In this document: one piece after another, positions 23,445-38,700 of the stretch | How positions within the stretch are numbered: the first letter of the stretch is position 1 | How the letters are laid out: every line of letters starts with the position of its first letter | Source of the DNA: Rotaria socialis | Taxonomy: Eukaryota | Assembly: GCA_905331295.1 (NCBI GenBank) | Contig: CAJNYD010000459.1 | Location: 124,001 to 188,000, forward strand | Direction: 5' to 3' | DNA length: 64,000 nucleotides | Notes under the pieces: model-generated | The model's database searches: none | Told to the model about the DNA's origin: nothing | The model's input: the letters and a program-made list of their open reading frames with translations, nothing else | Position numbers and translations under genes: made by a program

Positions 23445-26400
23445 GGAGCAGGTAATAGATGAAGCTATTAAAACTAAATCAAAATTTACAATTAAATTGT
23501 GTTGCGAAAAGATATGAGTTATCATTGAATGTGATGGAATTGTTTTAGCAGATGTTTGTGACCCTTGCATTGATCAATTGAATTGTAACGATGTAAAACT
23601 ACAAGAATGAAATACTATTGTTTCATGCATCAATCGTAATTTTGTGTGATCTTTGTTTTAACGCTTGAATTGATTCTTTGATAACTATTAGTGGCAGCAA
23701 ATTAAAATTAAAATCACCCGCAGATTACAATTTACTATTAAAAGTTTTTGATACTAATTAAAATCAAAATTAAACCTACACCTAATCGTATTAGTGCTAT
23801 TGAATTATGGTTGACATGTGGTGGAGATTTATATAATATGTCAAATAATAATTGGTTTATTGCGTATGTACGTTATAAGAACATTGAACTAGACATTTTT
23901 ATATGACCTAGTTAGATTAAGAAGAAAGAATTCTATTGTTCACAGAAACTAAAATTGACATTAGGATCATAATCATAAACTCTCAACCTGATTCAAGTTT
24001 TATTTGAAGAGAATAAATTGTCGATTTTTAATTTTTCTGATTTTTTTTTCTAAGCAATACAAATAATTTGTTTGGCATAGAGTTTTTTAATCGGATAAAA
24101 CCTAGATATATAGCTTTTCGTCTTTCAAATGAAAATATTAATAATTCAATAGAGGATAGAATATTAGTGCTATAAAAACATTACAATTTTTAACATTCTT
24201 CGATTTTTCTTATCTATTTATGTGGTATTTCCTTTATATCTCTATCAGTTCTATATTCTTGCCCTAGTTCTACAATCGTTTGTCTCTTAAATTTTTGTCA
24301 ATAATGATCCCATTATTCATTGTCAATACATAAATATTTCTATGACAGATAGATATCAATTGCAATATTAAAAAAAGGAACAATAAATCGTGTTGTCAAG
24401 TCAAGAGTGAAACCTCATTAAAATGTTACTTCATATGAGACGACTCTCAGCTTTGAAATAGTAATTATGATACACTCAAAACTTTTTTGGAGTAGATTTT
24501 TAAAGAAATGTCAATATTTTTGTCATTTTTTTATTTTTTTTTCATGAACCATTTTATTAAGCAAATAATTTTCTATTTAATTTACATTCAATCAAAAAAG
24601 TATCGCTGCAGGTCTTAATTGGTAGTGTGCTTAGTTCTTAGACATTTATGTCTGAAAAAATTGGATTTAATCTTTTCTGTCCTATCAAGATTTTAATAAT
24701 CAATAACGCAAGAGATTGAATGGAAATGTTTATGTCGAAGAATGTAAGAGTTCAGAACTCATAGAAAAAGTTTTTACTTCTGTAAAACCCTATTGATTCT
24801 GACTCATAAATACGAGTAATTTATAGTCAACTAAAGCTATGGAAGGTGCTTCAAATAGCAGCTACATTTAGTAGATGACGACATATCGTATTTATCTTCC
24901 TATTTGATTTTACTAGGATCAGCCCCGATGAAACCTTAGATTTCTTTGCTCTCCAATATTTCTATTCAAGCATTATTCTCTGAAGATAAATAAAATTTAG
25001 TTTATTTATTTTAAACAACAATCAACGAACAAAATAATAAAGAAAATAAGATTAAAAAAAAGCATCGATTACTAAACGAATGAGATTAAGTACCAGACAC
25101 TGTTCATTATTATAAACTAAATATATTTTGTTTTTACTTTAAAAATTATTTTATATTTGCAATCTAGAGTAAAAATATTATATGAACTGCCACTTATGAT
25201 GAAAATTATGTTCAAGGTAATCCTCGAGAGTATGCTACACTCGAACTAAGACATCTTGGTGATCAAGTAATAATCGTTTTCATAGTTGATTTTATATTCT
25301 AGAAATAAATTTAAATAAGCCAGATTTGTACCTGCTTTAGCGTTTGACAATGCAGTTGATAAAATATTGTTAGACGATTTTGATAAATTCAAGAAAAATT
25401 TCTTTTAAATTTAATCTAAATTTTATTATTTCTATTTATAGCTTATTGGATTTTCGTAGTGAACTTTCTGGTGGTAAAATTGAAACAATTAAACTTAATC
25501 ATAGCATTTAACGAGCCACAAATCGAATGATTCAAAGCCGGGTCAGCACAAAATGCTATGCGTAATTATTTCGCTTTAAAAAAAAAGAAAAATAAATGCT
25601 CGATAAAGCAATAGCTTAATACATTGCTCATAAACTATAAAATATATTTACATTGATAGTAGATAAGCTAATAAAAATATAATTCTTCATTTTGAATCAA
25701 AAGAAAATTTTCACATGCACGATATTTATTCACTACATTAGATTTGTAATATCGACGAAGCAAAACCTAAACAAATATTGTCTAATAATATTAGAAAAAG
25801 ATATTATGGAAACTCGACAATGTATTTATCCAGCTATATAAATATATCTTTGTGTTGTAAATTAAGCCTGCATGTTTTGGATTGATGACCCGCTGAGAAC
25901 ACTCATAATATTGTAAGTGTCGTCTAAGAAAGAGAACAGATCGGTCGCGCTTTTTGCACAATTACGAAAACTCAACTATTTCCATTAGAGCACTTCTCGA
26001 ATACCCTCAACATGTAATATCTATTCTGATATCAAAAAGAAAACATACATCTGTGGAACATATATTTGCAGTTGATTGTATATTTCTTATCGATCTCATT
26101 TATAGAATCTAGACTTTTTCTTTTTGTTATTGATATGATTGCATATAATTGTTCAATACACTTTTCTCAAATGATTAATTGAGTATTACGGAAATAAATT
26201 TTCTCGAAGAAAATGCCAAAGGTAACTTTCAATTTGAGGCCAATCAACAATATTATTATAGAAATAGCATTTTTCTTCTCTTTAGTTCCCATATAACATG
26301 CATTTATAATGTAGGTATACTGTATTCAACTATATGAAAATGCATACCATTATTGTCTAATTACATATATTATTAAGACATAATAATGGGTATTAATCTG

Positions 26401-29400
26401 ACGGTATTATATAGATAATACAACATCAAGCTCGTTTTTCCTGTTTTTCTTAAGCAAAAGAATTTTTTTCTTGTTTTCTTATCTCTTACGAACCTGAAGT
26501 CATTTCCTGTGTTTTTAAACTTCAGCATCACATTGCTTCTTTATTATAATTAAAACATCGTTTTCAAATCTAAAAGTGCTATTATGCTAATAATATATTT
26601 AACTATGCCATTTCAAATATTAAATATTAACTGCCTTTTATGACTCATTTTTCCTTTCGGCATTATTCAAGTATGTTGTTCGTAGTAAATATCAGAAGTA
26701 CCGCGAAGTAAACATTAACTCTAATATACACATAGGGAATAGTTTTTTAAGATATCATTTATCATGTTGATATTCATTTATACATACATTGTATTTATCT
26801 GTCGAAAGCAACTAAATTCATCATATATTTGTCTTTATAATCAACTCATTATCGAGAATTTCTTTAGTTTAATGATTAATACCTTTCTTTGTTTGCTATT
26901 AAATATGTTGCTTTCGCAATTGCACATCAACTGGAAACAACAACAACGAAATCTTATTAATTCTTAATCTTATCTCAACACATGAAAAAAAGACATATTT
27001 ACTGTAATAACTCTCTTTACCACCTGGTGATGACATTTTTTTATGTTTATCCATCTATGCACTTGGAAGATGAGCACCAGCAATTTATATAACGACATTG
27101 ACATTTCATAAAAATGGGAATGTCAGCACGTTAATCAATATATATATATATATGCATGAGTAACAAAAAGTCCTTTCTTTTCAATAGTACGAATAAGAAC
27201 GAGCGAGCAAGCACAAAACAAATATATATTCGTATGATTTCTGAAATCAAAGGATATTCTATTATTACAAAAAAGAAAAATATATCATTCATGCATGATA
27301 TAACATAGTATGCATCATCAAAAACAAGTTGATTTACGCTTGAGAAGATGCTATGTAAAATACTAAAATGCTTGATTTCTTCGTGTAAATAAATGAAACA
27401 AAACCAGCCATATGTGACAAGAATAAAATATTCTCTAAAGTTACAGTCCCGTAGCAAAGAAAAATACTGTTATCTTTACCGAAATCAGTAGATCAAATCT
27501 CTTTCGAGTTAAAACCAAAAAATATTTCATCCGTTAAAATAGTTTATCTCGTTATAGTATTGCAAAAAAAGAGATTTTTTTTTCGTATTTGATAGTACGT
27601 ATGCAAATGTTATTGTACTTCTTCTAAGCAATAATCTGGTAATTTATTGATTATTTTTGTCTGAACATATCGATATGTCAATATTAATAATAGAGAGCAA
27701 GAGAGAAAAACGATCAAATTCTTCTTGTCCTACTCCATACTTATATTTCTCGATCAGTTGACCTTGTTGAGCTTCATAACGCAAAACAAAAGTGGTGTTT
27801 CGATTACCGACAGGATATCTGAAAAAAACATAGATATTTCGTAATTTTTCTTTTTAATAAAAGGCATATCAAGATCGTCCTTCATCATTAATGCTTCATT
27901 TTATTTGTTTTTTGTATTTTTCAAATAATTAGATCCTATTTATAATCGTTATTCTATAGAATCATAGTGACTGAGAATATGAGAGACACAAACCACATGT
28001 TAGGAGAGATCCAAACTATGTATATGTATCGTATATATATATATATCGGTTCTACTGTCTATTTTTTCGTCGATCGATAAAATCAAAGCGTATGTGAGTA
28101 TATACAATACATATTCCAGACTTAGCAAGTCTTACTATCGTCAATTAGTCGATTATGTATATATGAATATATTATATTATATCGAAGTTTTTCTCGTGAT
28201 AAATTGATATTTTTTTAGAATATAGAGATGACAAGTGGAAAAAAAGAGTGCTATCGTGTTTTACCATTATAATAAAAATACTACTACTACTAATAATAAT
28301 AATAGAATACATCCGCTTGCGGAACATACAAAGAAAGAAAATTGACATAGATTAACTGCAATGATCGACTCCTGACTTTGTTCAATGGATGCATGAAATA
28401 ATGTTCTATATTTCTCGTCTTCTTTTGCTCTTTCTGCTTTTTCTTCTTCGTTACTCTAAGATCAGCTTATGTTTTTTCCCTTTTCTTTTTCTCGTAATTT
28501 ATAGCAAAAGAGGAGATGCACAAATGTCTGTTACTATGTTGTTTCAGTATCACCATCGGCACATTCTGGAGACGATAATTACATATACATCGTCGGCTAG
28601 ACGATAGAACGCATCTTAAGTTAAGACTAACTGAAGATAGATGATATACATTGTTATTTCTCAGCATAAACGTGAGAAAACTACCCATGTATCATTTTTG
28701 TTTCTTCTATATTTTTGTTTAGAACGTCGTAAGTTTTTTTTCTCTTCTCGTTCTTGTTCTTATGGTGCGACGAAAAAAAAATACCAAATATTAGTTATAG
28801 TCAACATTACCACTATAATAAAAAAAAAAAGAAAGCATAACTATCACACACGTTTTCTTTTTTCGCTACCGAACAATATTTTATGTTTGGATCTATCAAC
28901 CGCTTTGCGTATTTGAGGAGAGTTAATCGAGAGCATATTACCGATTCATTTTTGTTTCATGTGGTAAGAGTCGTAGAAAATCTGAAGGTTTATTTTCATT
29001 GCCATCATTATTGTTAGCATTATTTATTGTTGATAAAGTGATGAAAACGCGAGGACAATCGCTGGAGAATTCACTTTTGATGGTCGTATCTAGTTGATTA
29101 GTAATTTACATAATAATAGAAGAAACACTCAGCGCGGAAAATATTTTAATAAGAACTAATTTATTGTGAAACAAAATTACAGTTATTATTGATTTAGAAG
29201 ATTTTGAATCATACTTGGCATTGGGTATCTTCTAAATTGGTTATAACTTTCTATGTTTTTTTGCTTTAAAAAATAATCTCGTCATACAGAAAATATTCTT
29301 TAGCGGGATATTTATTTGTTAATATAGACATTTAGCTTTTTTCGTCTCGATCAATAGTCAAGCGACGGGAATAAACGAATACCTTGTGCTCTATCAAGCT

Positions 29401-29707
29401 CTTATCAATCATAAAGAGAAGAAGAAAAAGAAGAAGTAGTAGTAGTAGAAGGAGAGAAGAAGAACGAACGAACAACGAGTAGGAGGAGAAGAAGAACAAC
29501 AAGAGAGGGGAGAAAGGCCAAGAAAAAAGGAAAAATATCGATTCTTTCTTTTTTCCTTTTGTTCTATTATAATTGTTGCATGCACACTACATAGTCGTTA
29601 TTCACTAGGGTCTATCATCTATTAGGAAAGACAAATCGTTCGTTTTTCTTTTCTTTTATTGTCTTTATTTGTTGTAGGTAAGTAACTAGACGTCAGTTGA
29701 TGATACT

Positions 29708-32700
29708 ATGGAGTCAAATTTGACGTCGAGTTTCCTGAAAATTAGTGATACAGTAGCATTATATGCTGAAGGCACTGTTTGTGGATTTATTAGCACACTT
29801 GGGTATGATAAGCTATTGTTTTTTTATTCGAATATTTACATATGACATCAATAGGCTTGTCGATGATCGATGTGTTGTACAACCTGACGCCGGTGATTTA
29901 CAAAAACCGCCAAAGAAGTTTCGAGGTTAAAATAAAGAAACAATTCAAACGACCCTATTGACCTTGCTTCGGAAATTATCATTTTCTTTAGATTGTCTAT
30001 TCCGTATTTGTCCGAGTCATCGATATAGTGCTCAAACTCAATATTGGAATGCATTAAAAAGTCCAAATAGTGTACGAGATTTAAAAAAATTACAACTTGC
30101 TGCTGATACAGAAAAACGTCAAAATGAAGAAGAAAGTCGAAAACAGACTGGTACTATCATAAAATATGGCGATACTGTCGTACAATTACTTCATATAAAG
30201 AGTAATAAATATTTAACCGTGAACAAACGTTTACCAGCATTTTTGGAAAAAAATGCCATGCGCGTATCTCTCGATAATAGTGGTACTGAAGGTTCATGGT
30301 TTCAAATCGAACCTTATTATAAACTACGAGCTAAAGGCGAACGTGTTAGTATATTTGTTCTTTGATATGATTAATATTTGTTGTCAAGCAACGAGTATGA
30401 TTTATAGGTTGTAGTAGGTGATAAAGTCGTGTTGATGCCGTACAGTGGTGGGCAACCGTTGCATGTCAGCGAACTAGAACTACCGGATCATCCTGGCTCC
30501 AAAGAAGTATGTGCACATAAATACAGAAAAGAAAAACAAATTATTTTTCTTTTTGAACCACATCGAGCATGATATCATATTTTCCTTTTTGAAAATTTCA
30601 AAGGCTAGAGAGAATTAAAATGTCAACAAAAAACGAAAAGTAAAAATTATTCTCTTCTAGTGCTGCAGTGTTATTAATCTTCACACGGTATTGAGACAGC
30701 AAAAAGAAACGAAATGATTTGTTTAGCTTGAAGTGGAATGAAATTATTATTTCTATTTTGGCATGTGTTATGTGATTGTTTTTTTTTCTCTATTATTTAG
30801 GTCAATTGTCATTCGTATCCTTCCGTATGTTTGATGTGTATTTGTAGACACACGTATCATGTTGACCAGAGAGAAAACTTTCTTTTTTTTCTTTTACTTT
30901 GCCGATTTAATAATAAAAAGTTGCTTTTTTCTTTCGTTCTAAACAATATTTCAGTAGAAGTAGATCTTCATCTATAGCTATCTGTGTAGTAGTGTAACTT
31001 ATTGAGAAGCTTCTTTTTAAAAGTCATTTGGCGAGTAACGGGAGTACTTATGGCTTTATTTATATTTTTATTAAAGAAACGTATAATTAAACATGGACTG
31101 ACTATAGCAATGAGAGTGCAGTCTATGTGACTAATAATAGCATGCCATGTTTTGGGTTTCGCTTGCATGAATATGAAAACAGTTTAGTTTATAATATATT
31201 CATGAAGATCTACTTCGAAAAGTAAAGTAAGATGATCAGTTTTAAAAACTAAGACAGTCAACTTATAAAATATAAAATTCTTATTTTAATGATTCTGCAT
31301 GTAGTACAATACCCCGCCGCTTTGAATATGAATATGTATATTAGGGACGAGTTAAAAATTGTTCTAATTGAAAAATATTTTAAAATAGGTAAATTCTCAT
31401 CTTCAAACAAGTTGGAAAATCGTTTTATTTATGTCATGTCGCGAAGCTACAAATGAAGTACTCAAAAGTGTAAGATTGATTTTCAAAAGAAAATTTTAAT
31501 TCTAAAATTAGAAAAATAAATATAATTCTATGTTGTTTCTTTTTTCACTGATTAAGGGTGATATTGTTCGTTTATTTCATGCTGAACAAGAAAAATTTCT
31601 CACATGTGATAATTACCGGAAAAAAAGTGTCGTGTTTTTACGCGCCACTGGTCGCGCATCAGCAACGTCGGCAACATCATCGAATGCCTTATGGGAAATC
31701 GAAGTCGTTCAACAAGATCCGTGTCGTGGTGGTATCGGTCAATGGAGTTCATTATTTCGTTTTAAACATTTGGCGACAGGACAATATTTAGCAGCTGAAG
31801 TCGATAATGATCAAACATTTGATGCAACACGACAAAAGTTACGTGGTCCACCAGGTACACCTGTTTTTGCTCTTGTTCCTATTCCGCATGGTTACGATAT
31901 ATCATCGATATTTGAACTCGATCCAACAACAATAACACGTAATGAAGAAGCTGTACCATGGGGCTCATATGTACGTTTACAACACATATGCACGAGTACA
32001 TGGGTACATTCGACGAATATTAAATTAGATCCCGATGATGATAATGTACGATTTAAAATTGGTTGTGCATTAACTAAAGAAGATCGAGAAGCATTTCAAA
32101 TAGTACATGTTACACCAGATGAAGTACGAGATTTAGATTTTGCTAATGATGCTGCACAACATCTGGATATAACTGTATCGAAATGGGAAAAACATGGACT
32201 TGCGAATGTAAATGCAAATGATCGAAAGTAAGTAAAATAAAAACTTTATTTTAGGTTGTCTTAAAACTATTACATATTCAAGTAGCCGTACACCAATTAT
32301 AAAGGATTAGTCGGAATGATTCGAAGCTACCAAATAGACAATTATGTAAGATAAAAGAAATTAGAAATGTTATGAAAGATTGTCCAGCAAATTATATATC
32401 AGACTAAATTGATTTATATATTTATGGAATATTAAATTTGAAGAGTCGACTTATTGAATTCAATTTTTAATTATGACAATACTACATATTGAATAGTATC
32501 AATACTAAAAATTTTAGATCTCACGCGACTATAAAACACCAGTAGGTTTTATAATCGGTATCAGACTTGGTTAAAGCATCCTTATCTTCTTATCTAGTGC
32601 AGATTGTTTGTATGGTAAAACAGACCGATTAGAGTTTTTGAAATCTCTCAAGTGTATAGATTAGCATTATGGATGATTCTAATCAAACTTTTTCACTTCG

Positions 32701-35700
32701 TTTAATATAACGAAATGATAACATGAGCGTCGCATACAATAAGAAAATAAAAATAGCGACAAAACCGTGAAAAATATTTTTTTCGGAAAGAAAAATCTTG
32801 AATGCGGATAATTTTTTCATTATATCAATACTATTTCACTTAGTTGGAAGAAAAAAAGTTGAATCACCATAGTAAATAACAATATATGAATATTGTCAGA
32901 ACAGTAAGCTACAAAACTCTATCAAGTATAAGGGGTTTTCGTCATAACGGACAAATATATTTTCCTAGTTGAGAGTTAGCTTTAGCAATAATATAAACGA
33001 AAAACTAGGCATCATATGATTTGCGGTTCAAGCAAATTTTTCTGTCAGTCAATGACAGTCTTCCAACACAGAATTGACAGTCGTTTCAAACATTTGTTGA
33101 GGGAATCAAAGAACTTAGTCAGAGTGCATTCGTATGATAAGGTTATGCGTCAAGATTTGATATCTTCAACATAAGGGTTAGATCGGTAACTTCGAGCTTT
33201 ATATAAACATAAGTTATCCGACAAAAACAAAAAACAAGTCCAATGTCAATGAAAAAAACAAGATGCCAATTTTGTTTTAGTTGACTTTCTGATTTGAAAT
33301 TGATTATTTTAGGCAAGTAATATCACTGTTAACTGATATCGTATACTTCCTTGCCTGCCAAGAAAACAATGGTACTGATCCATTTGATGTACAAATCTTA
33401 AAACCAAATCGCGAACGACAAAAATTAATACGTGAACAGAACATTCTAAAACAAGTAAAAATTTAATTAAAATTTAAAAACATTTCATCGAGAAAAGTAC
33501 ATTTTCCGTTAAACTAGTTGTTTCGTATTCTTCGAGTATTAAAACCTCGTCTAGAACAAGAACGTTCAAATGTAAATGCAGCAAATCTTGCACATGCACG
33601 TTCAGATTCTCACTTTCATCAATATCAAGTTCAAACATCATCAAGTAATGATTCATATCCAATATCACAACAGCAAGAGGCTGATGTACGATATTCAACA
33701 GTATTTTATCAAATTAAAAGTATATGTCGTCATTGCTATCGTACACTTAAACATTGTCAACAGGAATATAGAAAAAATCAGGTAGAATATGAATGATTTT
33801 TGTTTGTGTTATTAAATTTTTAAATAAAATATTTGACTTATATAGGAGACAATTGCAAAAGAATTTTCTTTTATGCAATCTCAAATCGGCTTTGATATTC
33901 TGGCTGAAGATACAATCACAGCTCTACTTCATAATAATAAAAAACTATTAGAAAAACATATTACTGAAAAAGAAATTGATACTTTCGTCAAATTGTTAAG
34001 AGAAAAACGAGATTGCAAGTAATGTTTTCTGCGTTTCTTTTCCATTTTGCAATAAGAAATTTTCATGATTTTTTGTTTTTCTAAAGGTTTCTTGAATATT
34101 TATCGGATTTATGTGTATCAAGTAATCAAGCTATAGCACGAACACAAGAAATGATATGTAAATCTGTATTAGAAAAAAATTCTGATATTTTAATACGAAC
34201 AAAGTTTGTTTTGCTTAAATTGGCTCACTTGAAAAGATTACTTTTCTTTCTTTCTTATTAATTAGGCTTGAAGTGAAAGGATGTGTTGAAGATATGATAT
34301 TAGATGATAATACCGGTCCACCGATAGGCTTTTCCAATCAAAATATTTTACGTGAAGTCATATTGACGTGGGATGGGAAATCGGAATCAATTGAATTTAT
34401 GGCTGGCGTAGTGCGAGATCAACCAGCACATCCCAGGCGAGAAGAATTTCGCAATATTTTGGAATATTATAGGTAAATACATCAAGAAAATAAAAAAAAT
34501 CTAATAACAACAGTTACATTCTATTGATGATTGAATACAGAAACGAAGAATTGGTCATTTTTTCTTCTGATAAAAAAGGAAAAAGAAAAACGATTGAAGA
34601 AACAACATAATCTATATTGAATAACATAAAAGAATATTAAGATAAAGCAAAAGAAGCATACTGAATACTTAATCAGTATGAAGTACGTTTTTTGAATTGA
34701 TAATGAGTAATTTTCATCATGAAGAAAAATACTGAAATATTGACAGTGACATAACCGAAACTCAATTCAATGCAACATGAATATATTCTTTATCAATTAC
34801 ATCTAGAGATCAGAAGTATTGATAGCAATCTTCTAAAGAAAACAACTAACATTTAATTCCCATCGAATAGCCCGGTACCTGCTTTGGCTGTTTTATTCAG
34901 ACATAAAATCTAGCAAATAGATTTCTTTCTCTTTTATCTTGGCATATTCTAATGATTTAGCTAATACAGCTTGCACTGAGTCAAAATTTTTTAAAGTGAA
35001 AACAAAGATCTTTCAGTATACCAGATAAATCAATCAATACCAATATGAATGTATTCATATATTCGACGATGCCAGTACGAATTTTTCTCATGATCAATAT
35101 ACTAAAAGTTGTTTCGTTTGTTAGAAAAATAAATGTTTCGAAACATATAATAGTTCAACATCATTCATGGTCATCACTCTGTTTTTGTTTCTTAGATATC
35201 AACTCAATTTATTTTCGCACATGTGCTTCGATCGACAGTATTTAGCTATAGATAATTTATCATTAGAATTATCAATTGAATTAATATTAACGTAAGTTCA
35301 TTATAGAAAGTGAAAAACATTCTTTTCCTTTTGTAATAATTTCGTAATTATATTTGAATTCAGATGTACAAAGAGTGAAAATCTTCCAGCTGATTTACGT
35401 GCAGGATTTTGTCGTTTAATGATACATATGCATGTCAATCGTGATCCACAAGAAGAAGTAACACGTATTAAATATGCTCGATTATGGAATCAAGTTAAAC
35501 CTGCTATTTCATTGAACGAGTAAATTTTTTTTGCCTATAGATTACTATTAATTTTCATTTGTTTATTGAAAACATATTTTCTCTTAGATATGATCAAACA
35601 ATTAGTGGTTCGCTTGAGCCAACAGAGAAAAATGAAAATCGACCAAAATTCGAAGCAACAATGAAGTTCGTTGAAGATTATCTTAAAACTGTGGTTGAAC

Positions 35701-38700
35701 AACCAAACTCTTTTGCTGATCGTGAACAAAATAAATTAACGCACGAAGTAAAATAAATAAAATTCTTTTTGTCTACAGAGAAATTATATCTTCATTTTAT
35801 ATATTTTTTTCTTAAGGTTGTCAATTTAGCTCGTCGTTTAATATTTTTTGGTTTTTATAGTTTCGAAGATTTACTTAAATTAACACAAACATTACTCGGT
35901 ATTCTTGATACAAGTAAAGTTTTATCATCAACTGATCGTCATTCGAATCCTGAACAAGGTTATATTATATTGAAAAATTCAATTATTAGAATTTACTTTT
36001 CTTTTTCTTTCAAAATATCATTTTTAGTAGTAGCTATTGTAGCAAATGCAAAATCACAAAAATATGATCATGTTCTTCCAACAACAGCTCCGTTCAATGT
36101 TAATGATGCTGTCGCTGATCAACAATCAGATGTACTTGATAATTTAGCTTATGAAACAAAAATGAATGTTATTGCTATTCTTGAATTCATTCTTGATATT
36201 CGTCTTGATTTTCGTATTTCACGTCTCATATCAATATTTAAAAAAAAATATGATCGTCTTGGTAGACCATTTGACAGTTTCTTTGTTCTCAAAAGGACAT
36301 GTATTTTCTTTCCATTATTTAGAACCATCAACTCATGGAATTGCAGCAGACTTGCAAACAGCTGATATTGAATGTATATTTGATTCTAATTTAGTATCAA
36401 TAACTGAACCGAACCTGGATTTGGATGATACGAAAGGAAAAACGTTTCTTAAAGTTTTACTTAATTTAATAATGCATGACTATCAACCATTAGTATCACG
36501 TGCGTTATCTTTATTATTTCGTCATTTTAATCAGCGGAAAGAAACATTACAACATTTAAATCAAGTTCAATTACTTGTTAGTGAAACAGACATTAAAAAT
36601 TATAAACAAATTAAAATCGATCTTGATCAATTACGATTATTTGTTGAAAAATCTGAATTATGGGTTTATAAAAAAGGAAAAGACGGACTATTATCAGCGT
36701 CTAGTGTCAACGACGGTACTCTTGATCAAGACGATAGAAAAGATGAAGAATTTGAAATCAAGGTAATATGAAAATTATACTATCATTTAGAAATTGAAGT
36801 AAAATGAAAATAATCAAAAAACAAAACAACAGTGTGCAGAGATTTTATAGAGAAATAAGTTAGACACATACTAATTTGTTAGAATTGATCATAAACAATA
36901 TACTCGAGTCAAATTTAATATAGAAATTTCAATAAATGAATAAATAAATAAATATGTATATAGCTATGATTTGTTCAGGTATCACTGTTGAACAAAATCG
37001 AGTTAATATTTATTTTGCATTGTATAAACATTACTAAGTATTGTTGAATTTCTATGACTAAGTGGAGACATTGTTCAGCATGTGTCAACAAAGTAAGAGA
37101 TGTCAAACTAAGTACGATCAGTCATGGAGAGATCCTATACAAGTCACTAGCGGTTATTAGTTTCTTAACTACTCATATGATGGCATACTAAAGATGTTGT
37201 GACTTAAACCAATTCTTGCGTTCCGTTAGTTTGTATGAGCAGCTCAAAAACAAAACTCTGCATCAGGCATGTTACAGTTGGTATTCATTGTAGGAGAGAG
37301 GCTGCAGGCTATTGCACCTAGAAAAAAAAGTAGTTGATAGGAGAGAGTGTGGAAATGTTATTTTAATAATCAATGAATTTTTTAATAATTATTTGATTTA
37401 TATTGTTCATCAAAGAAATTAGCTACATCATCCGGTTTAAGCGATGCTGAATTCGATTTAAATGGTCCAAATGTTAGTGAAGAATCTGCATATCGATATA
37501 CATCAATATTCCAGGTTAGTAAATAAGCACCAAGACACATTTGAAACAGATTTTACTATTACTAAACATGGGACAAATCATTTCTTTTTGCTTGTTTTTT
37601 ATTCGATTTCTTTCGGTGGTTGATGGGCTTTAAATACACATAGATAGAAAGACCTTTTAATTCATATCGCTGTGTATCTGTCTATTTTCCTAGGGTATAC
37701 ATAAATTCATTGACACGGTAATTGGGATATATATATATGTATATATTTATCTACACATATCTATAAACATTTTTACATTATCATTATTATTATTCAATTG
37801 TATTGCATATTCGTTCTTCTTCTTTCAATTTCACTTGTCTTGTCATTCTGAGCCTGAATATGCTTCTTGTCGTTTCGAAATGAAAACTAAAACATGATTT
37901 AGTGCATGATTAAGAAGAATAAAAATCTAAAAATAATTTTAAAATTCGATCGTTTTTTGTCTCTGGCATGTTTCGTTCGATTTCAAAAGAAAATTTAAAA
38001 ACTAATTCTTTCTTATAGTGCAATAAGCATGTTTTTATTGATTGATTGGCTTGTGAAACTAATGTAATTTGTTTGAATTCGAAAAGATTCGTTTAATCTT
38101 GACTTGAATAGATGTATAAATATGATTTATTGAATATTTAGATTCTTCGTCGTATGATGAAATTATGTGTCGTTGAGGGTGCTGATGGTAATATGTATGC
38201 TCGAGAAAATGAACAACGTTTATTAAGAAATATGGATGTACATGTAGTTGTACTTGATTTATTAAAAATTCCATATGATAAAGTAAAAAAAAGAAGATAA
38301 AGAATAAAATATAGATTTTTATTTTTTTGGAAATTTTTTACAGGTTGAAGATACTCGAATGAATCATATTATGAAATTAGCACATAATCTTTTACAATAT
38401 TTTTGTTTTAATAATCCAACAAATCAAGCAAAATTATATGAACTCTATTTTAATGATTATCAGCAAATATCTGAAGTAAACAGTCAGCTAGCAAAAGTAT
38501 TGTATTTTAATTTTTCACCTTTAGGAACAAGAAGTTGAAACGTGTTGTTATATTTTTATGAATAATGTTCAATTATGTAGAACAATAACTGAAAAACATG
38601 TCCAACATTTTGTCCATTTAATTGAATTGCATGGAAGAAAAGTTTTATATATCAAATTTTTGCAAACGGTTGTTAAAGCTGAAAATCAATATATTAGAAA

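Noticed and set aside
37294..37329. Possible 36-nt IP3R cassette exon ([12 protein letters not shown])
   Set aside because: Weak donor (GTAGTT) and poor polypyrimidine tract; unsupported without RNA data
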